Below the pieces are notes generated by a model that saw only the letters and a program-made list of their open reading frames with translations, did not search any database and was not told the DNA's origin. A DNA stretch of 64,000 bases from Antedon mediterranea (taxonomy: Eukaryota; Animalia; Echinodermata): contig NC_092677.1 of assembly GCF_964355755.1 (NCBI RefSeq), positions 13,166,101 to 13,230,100 on the forward strand, given 5' to 3'. A program made the position numbers and the translations under genes. Below are positions 41,177 through 54,480 of the stretch, piece by piece (positions within the stretch are counted from its first letter, which is position 1; each line of letters begins with the position of its first letter).

Positions 41177-44011
41177 AAACATCTGACAAAATTCCTTAAT
41201 CTCAATTCAAAGATATGTGCGGATATCAACGCTTTATTGCGCGCTTTGCGTGTAAGTCTTTCACCAATTGCGTCAACCAAAGTGTTTCAAACGCGATGTT
41301 CCATTCACCGACACACTTACAACCCAATTTCACACTCACATGTTGTCTTTTCCATCTATTTTGAATACTATTTACATAATTTATTGCTATAACACAATGT
41401 CATGTTCATAGCTTTTAATAGTTATTAAACACGCAAGTAACTCATTTAGATTTATTGAAATAGAAAATTATTGTCCCATATTTATGTTTTTATTCGTGAG
41501 TAATAGTTGAAGTGAGTTTTCTGTGGTATCGTATGGTATTTATTTATCCACCGATTTTAGTATTCTTAGACCATAATATTGGTAGCATAATTTTACACAA
41601 TGCCGTATTGTGGTTATTACCTAACGGGATATAAGTTAAATCGTCAAAATCCTAATCCAACATACATTCCATTTAATCTTATCAACAAGACACTAATAAT
41701 ACTTTCAATGGATAAACATAATGATTGGTACATTTTGTAGCATTGAGCATTCTAGCTTCACTACAACAGATTATATTAAAATGTACTATACAACTTATTT
41801 TATTTATATGTTTTATAACATATATCTAATTAACAAGTTTGCATATTTATTCAATGAAACAATTCTAAAACGATAAATCAGTCAATTCAACATGTTGGAC
41901 TAGAGGATCAGGCTTTCCTGGTTGGACCGTAATCATACTTAAATTAGGTTTTAAAAAGTGTATTTATACAGGCATAGTTATATTTTCTGGAGAGAACAAA
42001 TTTTTCGCTGATATGATATCATTGGTGTTCTTTTTCAAATCGTATTTATGTGCACCGTTCAAGTGTTGTAAAATAAAAAAATATATTATGTAGTCTAATA
42101 ACAATAATTATAATGTATTGCAACCGCTTGTTTTTTTTTTATGACATTTAGTTGAGTGTACTTATTATAATTATGCAAAATGTATGTTTTTGTATTTCAG
42201 TAGAAGCAGTTTTACAATTTATTTAATTTTAAATATTATTACTGAATACAACTATCATACTTTATTTAGAAGTGGAAAAATATCTGAAAATTGTTTTAAG
42301 TTATTTAAGTTTAAGTTTTAACAATTAATTGTTACCTTTTCAGATGCTGAAATTAATTAATTTATTGTAAGTCAGTAATTTTAACAAAGTTTTTAAAACA
42401 AGTTAAACTTAATATCTTCAAGTCATAAACTTCAATTACCAATCCATTTAAACCAACATGTCGTTGGAGTACATTTTCATATACATAATAATTAGGCCTA
42501 TATCAAAACAAAGTATATTATTTGGTAGAAGCAAGTTATTGAATTAAAGAGTTATTCAATTCTACAATATGAACTTTCTTTTGATCTATTGTGCAATATT
42601 ATGCTGTTACTATAAAATGTCATTAACTACAATATGCTACGGGTACAACAAATATTAATCTGAATAATATGGATGTTCTATGTTAATTTGAAACCAGCAA
42701 ACATGAACACAATGGTCAATAATATTATTACCGACCATGACAGGCAATTTTCGATCTAGAAACATTTGCATCAGGGACCATGTCAAAGTAACTGTATTCT
42801 ACTAAAATTACTGCATTAACTACTCTACTACTATTTAACCTTTTGTTATTTAGTAACTTTTTTTTGTAGTCTTCTTTACATTTGTTTAGTGCAACAAACT
42901 AACATCAGACGTTGTTTCAGTAAAGAAATAGTTACTTCAGTAACTGCAGTAGATTTTATCATTATAATTCTACAAGAGTTTGTCATCAAGGATGTTTGTA
43001 TATTTTGATCTATAACTATTTCATCAGCGAACTACCAAAAGCAAAAAATCTTTACAATGTTTTGTAACTTTCTCTCTGTTAGTACAAAATCATGTAATGT
43101 TGTTTATCTGTACGAAGATTTGTTAAGCTTAAACATATATTTGTATTGATTCGCTTGAACTATTTTTATTCGGTTTAAGCATAATTTTAAGTGAGTACAA
43201 ACATTGTATCATTATATTTCTACATGAGCTTGTGGCATAAGCCTACGTATAGCACTTGAGCTATGCTTCTGTATCAGTGGACTCATTTTATCGACAAGTT
43301 TTGTGATATCAATTTTTCATTAAAGTGCTTGCTAATTCGAAAATGACTGTTGGATTTTGTTTACTTTGTTTTGTTAATTAATAATGAGAGAATAACACTG
43401 ATGTTTTTGTTGTAGAGTGTCTTAATATCGATTTTACCGGAAAGTTAAAGTAAAAAAAAACAACCCTAATTTGTTAGTGTTTACCGACCAACCAACCGAC
43501 CGACATAGTGAGCTGTAGAATCGCGTTGCACGTGAATATAAACACGACCATCCATCATGCCATGAAACTAATTTGATTGAAAAGGCATATAACAAAATAC
43601 AAATAAAATAGCTATGATAGTTAAAAAATAACATAAGCCAAATATTGTTTACCTCTTTTCTATTTCTTCCATAATATAAAAATAGGTGGTTTATTAAAGT
43701 TGTTCATGTAAGCACTTTAATACGGTATAAATCTACCGCAGAAGTTGCTAAAAGTGGAAGGCATTATATAGTAGGCCTGTGTCACATTGTTACATACGCT
43801 TTCTTAGGTTCCAAAGTGTCGGTTTAGAACACCTTAAACTATTGTTTGAAATCGGTTAATATATTTTAATTGTTTTAAAATTATTCGAACAAATTTACGG
43901 CTTAACAAGAAGACAAGAATTAGGCCTACGTCGGAGTATGGCCTGTGAAATTGTTATTTTAAAATGCTTTTATGGAAAGGGGAGATCATATTTTCAATTT
44001 TATTAGGCCTA

Positions 44012-44337
44012 ATGCTTAGTTCCCACTAGGACGTAACGTAACGACTTAAGCTTGGTTCCCACTAGAACGTAACGCAAGGACGTAAACTCAACGCAAGCGT
44101 TTTAACCAATGAAAAGCGAAGTTATAGACAGTTACCAATCACAAGCGAATAAGACATCGCTTGTGATTGGTCAATTCACTTGCGTTGCGTTACGTCCTTG
44201 CGTTGCGTCGCTAGTGGGAACCACGCTTACAGCACGACGTAAGCAATCTAACTAATTACAAGCGATGGATTATTCTAACGGTCAACTCGCTTGCGCTTAC
44301 GTCCTTGCGTTACGTCCTTTAGTGTAAATCAAGCTTT
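44012..44337. mobile_element. Nested MITEs: young AGCTTGGTTCCCACTAG copy (44049-44227) inside an older relative
   Basis: Outer ends GCTTAGTTCCCACTAGG and TAGTGTAAATCAAGC; the inner element has its own TIRs. Confidence 0.75.
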
Positions 44338-44815
44338 AAGAAACAATATTAATGTGTAATCACGATATATTATTTCGGATATTATTCAGAAACTGTATTA
44401 ATCAATCTGGTAAAATGGATACTGAAACGTACAGTTGCACGTGTTCCAAGCAACACTTCAAACAGGTCTGTAACCTGCAGTTGTTTGTCGGATTTTTTTC
44501 GTAATTGTATCCGCAGTATCTTACCCGAGGGCGGTCATCAGGAAGACGAATAATTACGGAGACTAACACTAATATAAAGTAAATCAAAATAAATTAAATC
44601 GAATAAATCAAAATGATTCTTATTACTATTGTACTTATTTACACAAAGCGTAGGAGACGAATTCGGAATATTTTCACCATACTTTAAATATTAGATAAAA
44701 CGTACATTCATTTTGTAGTTTAATGAGTTACATGCTCTTGTTTCATGTATTTTAATTTATGTATGATAAAATTGTTCGAATTTAAAAAAAACATAGCCCG
44801 TAGGAGTGTTTAATC

Positions 44816-45068
44816 GCCTACGTTCTAGATGGCGATTTGACACTTTGAAAAAATATTTGGCAGACATGACGTTTCATACGTATAATACTTTCAGATTTCC
44901 TGACTAAAATTGACACGACTAGTGGAGCATAGCATGTATGAGTGTTTATGGCCTACATTCTAGACGTTGATTTGACTTAATAAATGATTAAATAATATTA
45001 GGCACACATGGCGTTTCATAGGTATAATATTTTCAGATTTCGAGACTAAAATTGAAATGACTGGTGGA
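44816..45068. repeat. Diverged ~135-bp tandem duplication
   Basis: GCCTAC.TTCTAGA...GATTTGAC...CGTTTCATA.GTATAATA.TTTCAGATTTC..GACTAAAATTGA occurs twice. Confidence 0.7.
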
Positions 45069-45481
45069 CAACATCATTAAACAGACAATAACCAAGGACG
45101 TGTAATGAATCCTTTGAACTGAAGAAAAGTTTATTACACTATCAGTATCATTCACACAAATCCACAGACAACCCTGAAATATCTGTATCTACAATCTTTT
45201 TTTCAGCAAATATTCTGTTTTAGTATTCTGTAATTCACAATCCTGACAAAAGATTAATTGATGTTGAGTTGACAGTATACCGGTATACCAATAGACTAAA
45301 ACCTTTTTTTCACTTTAACCTATAAAAAATCTGAAGTTTACACACACCATACAAAACGCCTGTGTCGACATCTCAGTGTGTGGAAACTTCAGATTTTGTA
45401 GGCGATGTGAAACAGCATTTGTACTGATCATTAATAAAGCAAAGAATTAAGAATTAGTGTAGTATAATTTCAGACTATCAA

Positions 45482-45487
45482 TTTATT
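45482..45487 (-). terminator. Candidate NDUFV2 polyadenylation signal AATAAA
   Basis: TTTATT on the + strand, 22 nt beyond the NDUFV2 stop codon. Confidence 0.5.
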
Positions 45488-45509
45488 AAACATTTTAAAT
45501 ACAATCAGG

Positions 45510-48500
45510 TCATAGGTCATCTCGGACACCAAATCCTGGTCCTTTAGGTGGTTCTGTTAATGACGTCAGGCCTGTAATTGGTTCACATGCAAAACGGCTA
45601 CTCCTAGAAGGAAAAATATACGACATTTGTAATAAAGCTTTGTCTTTAGAAAAGTGAACTGAAAAGTAGATTATGCAAAATTAGTAGACTTAAGTAGAGC
45701 TTGTTTGTAAGTTTGTACTTAGGACGAATGTTATTAAATTGGTCAGTCATAACTTGTGCGTCCATATTTGCACTATACGATAGTGCAAAACAATATGTTG
45801 AACTGTTGTAAATTAGTTCTACCATTGCACAACACCAACATTTAAATGTATTGTTTTAAAGATGGTACAAGTCTAAAGAAGATTTTATTTTTAATGGAGA
45901 TATTTATAATTATATATAACATATCATATATTATAACAAATAAAGTTTTAACCAAAAGAAGAGCTTGTTAGCAATCTAAACATTCCACATTGGATACATA
46001 TCTGACACTGTATACAGAGTTTACCTCTGATATACTGGAAAGGTAATGTGAAGATACAGAACAGAAAATCGAGTGTGGACACAGTATTGTTAATTCCTAC
46101 AGCTGTATATGCCTACTCCATTGTTAACTTTTAAGTGTGAAAGTGCATTAGCCCCATAAACCTATCAGTGATATCAGATAGCAAAATGGTGTTTCATTCT
46201 ATACTGTTTTGAGATATAAATTCTGTAATGGAACACTGAAATTGAAACAATAGGCAATCTTCTTTGTTTTTCTTTTTCCCCAGAGCAACCAACCTAAACA
46301 AGTTTTTTTTACATTTTGTATTTTCACTTGTCTAAAAGCTGAAAAAATAATTCAATTATGCATTAGTAATATTTCTTTACAATAAGGATTAATTTGCATC
46401 AGATTGATTAAACATAAAAGTTATACGAGTATAAACAGGGCTTAGTTCATGTTCTTCTATTTTTGCAAACATCTGGTGAAACATTTTTTTAAAAGTTACA
46501 AAACAAAGTAATCTAGAACTGGAAATGAAAGTTAGAAAAAAAAATCTTCATGTTTTGTAGTTTTAGAAAGATTTAAAGTAAACTAACAGAACGGAAATGT
46601 AAGTATTAAGCTCTGTCTACGAAAATGTGATGTGCCCATATATGGACATGATGATTTCATCTCACTACCATATTTGGGCATATCACTACTATATTTGGGT
46701 AAATCACTTTTTTTGGTCAAATTAGTTTGACAGTGTAGACAGAGCCTTAAGAAAGAAAAAGTACATTTTATGTTAACCTCCGAGTACAACTGATATAGTG
46801 TCTCAGTATAGCTGATGTTGCAGTAACTAGATATAACTAGTTTAGTTAAATGTAATAAGTTGAATTAAGTTAAATTAAGTTCACAGAAGTAGAACGTCTT
46901 CTGATTGCAAGAACGGTTCAGTTGCCTTCAATCGTCGGGTTCCAGGGACCTATTAATCAGTGGTCAATTACGGGCAACTAATTGTGTTGAAGATGGCTCT
47001 CAAAGGCAACATAAACCTCTTAATATATTATTGTTGGACTATTTTATAGTTCTCTTTTGTTTTACAATGAGATGTACACTTTTCTTAAAATACATTAGAG
47101 AGTTGCCAAAGACAGTAGGATAATGACAATTTTGTGGACATGCTTGATGTTCGAAAGTTTAAAATTCAAGTGGAGTGGAGTTGTGGCTTGGTGGTTATGA
47201 TGCTTGGCTACCACTCCAAGGGTCCTATCCTGGGTTCAAGTCCCGTCACATGTCAGGACAAAATGATCAGCAATTATTGGATGGATCACCCTCATTAAAT
47301 ATGGTAAAAAAAAAAGAGGAAGACTATAAAACAGCACTCACAATAATGAGCGTATGTAATGATACAAGGTATGAAAACAATTCTATAATTGGCGATTGGC
47401 ATCCTATAATTGAAGATTTTTTTCTTTTGGAGGTAGTTGAAATCAAATTTTAACAAATAAAATAAATTAATTTTTTTGTAAAATCACTGTTTTATCATTT
47501 TCAACAGCTAAAGAAGCATGCACAATGCTAATTGTGTGTGGAGGTCTAATTGCAAATACTGTAGGTCATCTGCCTCACAGGGTCCTTACTTCACTAAAGT
47601 ATGACATCTCCTTTGGGATCTCCTTTGGGAACCAGGAGCAATATATACACTACAATCAACCCCTATTCAGGGACACCTTGTTGGGTCCTGAAGGTGTCCC
47701 TGAATAGGGTTCTACTGTATTAACTAACATGGTATAAACTACAGTAAATGTTGTATACCATACCTTGGGCCTGGTTTAGGAACTCTGCCTGCCTTCAGAT
47801 CATCTAAAATTTCATTTACATCAGATAATTTCAAATCTTCATAGTAATTGTCATTAATCTGTATCATAGGAGCATTGACACAAGCACCGAGGCACTCCAC
47901 CTCTGTCAATGTAAACATATTATCTTTTGTTGTTTCTCCACATTTAATTTCTGAAAGTAAACAAACAGCACTATTAAAATTCACACATGACAACTCTGTT
48001 ATTGTTTCTCGACATTTAATTTCCAAAATTAAACAAACGGCACTATTTAAATGCATACATTACAGCTTTATTATATACACTGCTTGTCTATGTCAATTGA
48101 CTTTATAGAGCAATACGCAATGCACTATCTAAATCAATTAAGGAAGAATTACATTTTCGACAACAACCTATTGTAGGATTAAGTTAGTTAGAAGTTGCAA
48201 CATGATTTTTTCTCTATTCATCAACACAGTTTTGGTGGTTTCCAAATGATGACCGAGAACACATGGATAGGTCAAAGGTCATCCGTTATCATAAATCAAA
48301 AGTTCCCTTTTAATTTGAATGAATATAAAGTATCATTGTGATTTAAACATGGCAGCAATCTCAGACTGCCAGGTATGGAGAACATAGATAAAACATCAAC
48401 ATTATTCCCCGAAAGGATTTCCATACTTGTGTATAGTGTCATTATAATAACTAGATGGTACCATCTAGGTCGTGCCCACAGGTGGTTCTCATATACACAG

Positions 48501-51500
48501 TTATTTCAGCGTAAAAAAGAATATTGGCGATTTAAAATGTACGTACCGCCTAATACATTGTCGTTTACAGAAACGAATAAATAGACATGACAATTTGTGT
48601 AATCAACTAAAATTAGCACCCTTGGAATTACTTGTCACAAAATGAGTCAACATTTTTGATTTGGACTCATTGAAACTAACCCAATTTGTGTTTCGTATGT
48701 AACATTAGATGGGGAAAGAGAATTGATACAAAGAGGAACAATTTAATACTTTGTTAAAACTGTCACTGTCGATTGAAATAGTAAACTACATGTAAGGATA
48801 CACCACTATAACATTTATATTTTTTGTAATAATTAATTAATACAAATGTTGAGAAGCAACTGTCAGTAATAAAGTTTATTTGTATATTATGTGTTTATAA
48901 TCTAACAATAGGACCTACCCACACTCACTGTGTAATAAATTGTATTTGTATATATGTTTATATTATACCTAACAGTACCCACACTCACAGTAAGAAATTT
49001 GCGATTCAAATGGCGACCAAAGTGGTTAATTTGTATTACAGCATTGTAATACTATATTTTAAGTTTATCCCCCAAGGGCCCATAAATTTATTTGTTAAAA
49101 CAAATAATACTGGAAGACTGAGAGATTGGAATCCTCCATTCATCGAAAATAAATACATTTGTATAAACGTTATAGTAAATCTATCAAAATAGAATTTTTT
49201 TAAAGAAAATCGGCCTGTCTTCAAAATTATGATGCTGTAAACCGTTTTTCAGCTATTGAAAAAATTTATTGTAGAAGGAAATGGGTAAATGCGAAGCATC
49301 CTCATAATATTGTGTGCGGGTATTTTTCAAGATAGACATCCAATAGACAGTGTATACAATGATCGCAAAATACCCCCTATTTGGGGAAAATCGTTGAACC
49401 TAAATTTGTTTTAATTGTCAATAAATAATTATCTAACTCAATTTAATTAGTAAACAGGGTTACATCAGGTGGTTAAAATCAGTACCGAAAGTATAAACCA
49501 ACTTTATATACCATCGAGTAAATGTGCGATTTACCGAATTTTGCCCTAAGATGTAAAATTTATATATAGATACATTGTCCAGTTTCGTAGTAAAAATTTG
49601 TTATACTAATTTCAATTTAGTAATAAAGTCATGTTATATTTTCTATCTTGAAGTTTAATATAAAAGTGAAATAAATAGTGATAATGTGTGAAAGTAATCC
49701 AGGAATCAAATTATATTTAATAAAGTAGACCCATTTCACATACTATAAAATACAATCTAGTTTCTCTACTAAAAACAAAAAATTGTACAATACAGTTAAA
49801 AGGATCATAGTTTTAAAAGTCAAACAGAAACCTTTTAAAACACAAGATGTGGGTGGAAAATGAAGAAGGTATATTCAAGTAAAGCGATCAAAAGCTCTAG
49901 AGGAAACTGAATGATTTATCGTAATCAAGAGAGTATTGACGAAAAAAAAACATGTTTTGAATGCTAACACGGACGTGCACATCATAAACAACATTGACAA
50001 TTTTAAAAACATAATCTATGTCTGAATTTTGTTTAAAATCTAATTAAAATAGAATCCTCTTTGGGACTTTGGTTCCAATTACAATCTTGCTTGACAAATA
50101 CATGATAAATTGATGCTAGCCATTCTTATCATTAAGAATGAAAATATTGAATAGAAGGAGGCATGTTGTCCTCACATTCTATGTCATACTACCAAGGGAA
50201 ATTGCTCAAGAAAAACAAATGTATATAATTATGAAATAATATTAATATTTAGATATTGTTTAGCTAAATGGCGGAGAGGTTTAAGACAGGGATGTTTCGT
50301 GAACTCTCAGCAGTTCACATTCTCAAGTGTTGTTCCATACGGCGACTGCAGTATTTACTGAAAACAGCCACCTAGAGAAGATGAATGTTATTGCACTCTA
50401 CATTTTCAATATGATTGGAGGCATTACTTACTTAAATTGTCTTGAATTGCTTTTAAGATGTCCCTGGCATCACACAGCATACAGGGTGTTGTGGTACAGA
50501 CCTGGACATGGTACTTGCCAATTGGTTCTCTGGAAAATGATATGTACAAATAATCAGTTGGTTTATAATTTGTTCTGTGCCTGTACAGTATCTCTCGCTT
50601 CTAGAATAAAATGCTGAAAGACGAGGGCGTTTTAATTTGATCTCTTGTGTAAAGGAGTGTGTACAATTTTAAGAATAGTGCTGTTCTGCCGTACCATGCA
50701 GAGAGTGTTAAAGAGTTGCTATCCAATCGGGCTTGAACAATATCATGAAAGCCCCAGTGGTCTAATGGTTAGGACATCTGCATATCAAGCAGTAGGTTCC
50801 TGGTTTGAATCTTGGTTGGGGGGACTTTATCTAATTCTTATCGTTTTAAAATATTAATACATTTTCATGTTCAAAATGTCAAAAATGACCAGGGTAATAA
50901 TACTGTATGTACAGCTACAGTATTAGAGGTTTCACAACATTAGGCACTTTATAAATCCAGATATTATTATTATTATTATTATCTATACAAGTATTTAGTG
51001 ATTCATCATGCGATGAAAACATTGCTTTACCTATTAAACATTGTATAGAACGTAGCCACTTCGTATACTCTCATTTTTGGCATTCCTAGTATCTCGGCCA
51101 CCTTGTGCATTGCTGAGATTGGCAGCCATCCATGCTGCCTCTGAGCTATGTCCAATGCTGGTATCACCGCTGCTGCCTTATGCCCTTCAGGATAGTTCAC
51201 CATGATATCTTGAATACGCTACGTTAAAGAAAAAAATACAAATATGTAAAAAATCCCACTATAATGCTCAGAATGCGTGAACTAAAGGATTTACACACAG
51301 TAATGAACAATCTTTTATAATGCTGCCATTTACAATGTCACTGTTTGGATTATGAATAAGTCCAGTTCTGTTGTGAACCGTCAAAAGCTCTGACGCCATG
51401 CAATGGGATCACATGACACATATAGGCTTTTTTTTTATTACAGTAAATGCAGTCTATTATATTGCCATATTACAGTAAGTGACTGTATCTCCAGCAACAG

Positions 51501-54207
51501 AGGTTTTTACATGAATTATCATAGTACTAATTTAGGTACGTCCGTTACCCACGCTTAGATGTGTAAATTACTAGACTTGTCTTGGATGAAATAAATCAAA
51601 AACACTACTAACCTTCATATTTTCACTAGTAAACTCAAACTTCGTATCTGGATTGTTTTCAGGGCTATCTCGATGCTAAAAAGATACAAAAGTTAAAACA
51701 AAAATTTACACCCAGTGAAACATGAATGCGAGTACAAAATATTTAAACACATACTTTATTTGATATATTTTTTAGTATTCTTTAAGTTACATCATTAATT
51801 GTTGAGCTATAGGAATTTCACAATTTTGAACCCTGGAATTGAAAGGGAAAGGGCAACCAACAAGCTACAGCTCCACTACAATTAATTAGACTGACAAGCT
51901 CTCTGCAGTCCTCCAAGCTAAATTAGAGACCGCTATGCAACATGAGGGGGAAACAATAGAGGAATGGGGAGTGCTGACCTTAACTAGAAAGGTGCTTAAG
52001 GATTTGCCTAAGGAGTGGATCCAAGAGCATGCTGTAGTTAGGTTCTGTATTGAGTGCAGGGACAGAGAAGTAGATAGACACGTCCTGCGCAAGCACTGTT
52101 CTACTCTCCCTAAAGCTATTAGGGAGTTTGAAAAACCTGTGAAACCTCAGGTCCACAGTCCGTACTACTTTTGCACCCCCACTATCTTTTCAGCTACCTT
52201 TAGAAGACCAGGACGATTCCGATGGTGAAACTGGCAATGAAGTGTCCATTAAGCAGGTGCGAGGAAGGCCTATGAGGAGAAACCGTGTAACTTTCCAGAG
52301 GCCTGCTTTGCCAGCACCGGCCAGGGTTCCTCCGGAGCCCGCACCTACTGACAGCCAGAACCAGCCTCGAACTGCAACATCGGCGCCACCTACTCCGACT
52401 ACAGAGGCCCGATTGGCCACTATAGAGAGTAATTTCCAGACCCTGAACACCAATCTGTGATGGCTGGAGAGCAGCATGAACACCGAGATGGCTGCAATGT
52501 GGAGTCAGCTGGACCAGCTCATGCGTTATATGCAACCCGTCCAAGCTACCTGTCTCTCACGATAGCTCCGGCTATCAATCACCCGTTGGCCCTTATACAC
52601 TGTTGTTATGTGGTGACCGACCAAGCGCGATGCCCCGGCACCAAAGGTTGGAAAATTAGTGGCCTCGCCATTGGCTGTGCAGGGGACATTGGCCTTGTTT
52701 TGTTCGGTGCCCAAGGTGTTTGACGCCTATTTCCATTTCGATCGGTTGTAGAGAAATCTGCAACTATCTTGACGTGCGAACCTTTGGGACGCAGAGCGAG
52801 TGGTACGGTTGAGAGGTGGATAGGCTTCTGGCCATAGGTTCAAGTATTTGGGAATGTGGGATTGGATCATTCGGCCCCACCCACGGACTGGCCAAGGCAG
52901 GATCAACTTCTGAAGAGGGTGTTGGGTCGTTGTTTGGACGGCTGCCACTATCGCCTTCTTACCTTGGAAATCACTGGGGAGGAGTGTCATTATCGCGCCT
53001 TAGACATTTTACGTCTAAGCCGTGTGTCGAGGGAACAGCGGCTGCTCCTGGAAGGCGTAGCAACCGCCTACCTCAGACATTCGAAACGTACTTCAGTGTA
53101 ACAAGCCGGGTGACGGACTTCACCGCCGACCTACGCAGGAGCCTGCATTTCATTGCCACCAATGAAGACCGGCGACTGCTGATGGGGTCCAGCGGACCGG
53201 ACTATCCTCCTGCCGGGTACAAAGTTGGAGCGGCGCCCACTGGGTGAACAAACAACCCCTCCAGCCGAACGAAGGTGTCTACCCAATAGCCTGATTTGCA
53301 TACATGGGGTATGCAAATGTTAACATGGGACCTCGACGCCACCAGAACCGGTCTATTTGAAGCAGGCAATCAAAGAGAGACGGATGGAACTATACCGATA
53401 TATTTTTCTATACTTGGACTTGCTTATCGAATACCTTGTGTGATTATTAGGAAAGCTGGACTAATAAGGTAAACCTAGTTGCTTTAATTATTAGGCCATT
53501 ACACTACTGTACAGTGCTTACTAAAAATCAACAGTTTTTTGCACAACCTGTGGTAACACTTACAACAAACAAATGATCTGATGCCACTGGAGCTGATCTG
53601 TGCATAAACTTCACATGGTTCTGTAAAATATAACATTAACAAGAATATAAAACTGTTTATAGCAATATAATATGTAAAATGGAAATACATAATAATAAAG
53701 GCCTATCTTAAATTATATATCTTGCTTTCACTCTTTCCTCCCAAGCTATAGTATAGATTAAATGCGTACTGTCTGCCTAGTTAGCTAGGCTAGGAGGCCT
53801 ACAGTAGTATTAGTAGGCTTAGGCTAGGCAGTATATTATAGTACTAGTAGTACTAGTATAGTAGTACTAGAGACTAGTACTAGGCTAGTAGAGAGTAGTA
53901 GCCTACAACTACTACTTCTAGGCCTAGCTAGCCTAGACTCGAGTCTAGTAGAAGCAAAATGCCTTATCAGACATAATATAGGTATGCCTAGGCTTGGCCT
54001 ACTATTAGCCTAGTACGTAGGCCTACTCCTACTAGCTAGGCCTGACTAGCCTAGTTAGGCCTAGTTATACATAGGCCTATATAGTATGCTAGGCCTACCT
54101 AGTTAGTAATAGTAGGCTATCATCAGTATCAGAGTGATAATTAATTTTCAACATACCATACTAGGCTTTGCAACCCTCATTAAAGTTCTACTAAATGACG
54201 ACAACAT
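45510..54207 (-). CDS. NDUFV2: NADH dehydrogenase [ubiquinone] flavoprotein 2 (24-kDa subunit), 7 coding exons, 245 aa
   Basis: Exons (minus) 54207-54157, 53620-53564, 51675-51613, 51218-51031, 50529-50432, 47950-47764, 45603-45510; GT-AG and in phase (738 nt). Motifs [36 protein letters not shown], [2Fe-2S] ligands CTTTPC and [11 protein letters not shown], and C-terminal [17 protein letters not shown]. Confidence 0.97.
46609..46746. mobile_element. AGCTCTGT MITE family copy in the last NDUFV2 intron
   Basis: AGCTCTGTCTAC...GTAGACAGAGCC with TTA on both sides. Confidence 0.8.
47172..47260 (+). mobile_element. tRNA-derived SINE head
   Basis: Homologous to 26190-26290; A and B boxes present. 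Confidence 0.7.
47651..47719. mobile_element. Tiny hairpin element (Tc1/mariner-like mini-MITE)
   Basis: Perfect 19-bp stem CCCTATTCAGGGACACCTT / AAGGTGTCCCTGAATAGGG with an 11-nt loop; TACA...TGTA ends. Confidence 0.55.
50751..50824 (+). mobile_element. tRNA-like SINE head or tRNA pseudogene
   Basis: TGGTCTAATGGTTAGGAC (A box) ... GGTTTGAATC (degenerate B box); imperfect cloverleaf. Confidence 0.5.
51830..53503 (+). mobile_element. Decayed, internally deleted LTR-retrotransposon-like insert (Gag-like + TatD-like remnants) in NDUFV2 intron 2
   Basis: Abrupt GC-rich block. Gag-like [19 protein letters not shown]...[16 protein letters not shown]...DRE..RHVL at ~51914-52140; TatD-like motifs at 52707-53247; ends ...ATTACA at 53503. 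Boundaries are approximate. Confidence 0.7.
52707..53247 (+). pseudogene. Frameshifted TatD-family DNase domain
   Basis: [11 protein letters not shown] (52716-52748; cf. D-x-H-x-H-L-D), ECG/GLDHS (52852-52873, +1 frameshift; cf. GExGLD), TYFSVT...LRRSL..I...[14 protein letters not shown] (cf. YISFSG...RLLLETDxPY), in the correct order. Confidence 0.65.
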
Positions 54208-54209
54208 CT

Positions 54210-54480
54210 CAATGTATTTTGATAAATAAATTAAAGGTTTAAAATGTAGCTAGGCCTAGCTGGCCTAACCGAATCAAAATCTTGTACCGGAAAAACTGCT
54301 CTACAAGTCCCACTTTCGCTGCTGGTTTTCAGGCTAGGTTTTTGCCACAACTGTAATCGATAGGGGCGCTGTTTTAACAAACTTTTAACTATAGAGGGCT
54401 AAGTAGAGGGCGCACACACATTTGTTGCTACAACAAGTTTTTTTTAACAACAATGTTTATTTTATAAAAGTAAGTTAATT
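54210..54480. promoter_or_regulatory. Candidate bidirectional promoter of NDUFV2 / ANKRD60
   Basis: Divergent genes 2.3 kb apart. ACCGGAAA (~54286), TAGGGGCGCT (54361), AGAGGGCT and AGAGGGCGC (~54392-54412). A possible + strand donor AA|GTAAGT at ~54470 could end a non-coding ANKRD60 exon. Confidence 0.5.

Noticed and set aside
50751-50824. Genuine tRNA gene (also 26190 and 47172)
   Set aside because: Acceptor and T stems pair poorly, and the 26190/47172 pair share non-tRNA downstream sequence, as SINE heads do.
51886-53316. Cluster of overlapping ORFs as real small genes
   Set aside because: They result from high GC in a decayed element; only the + strand Gag-like and TatD-like pieces show recognisable motifs.
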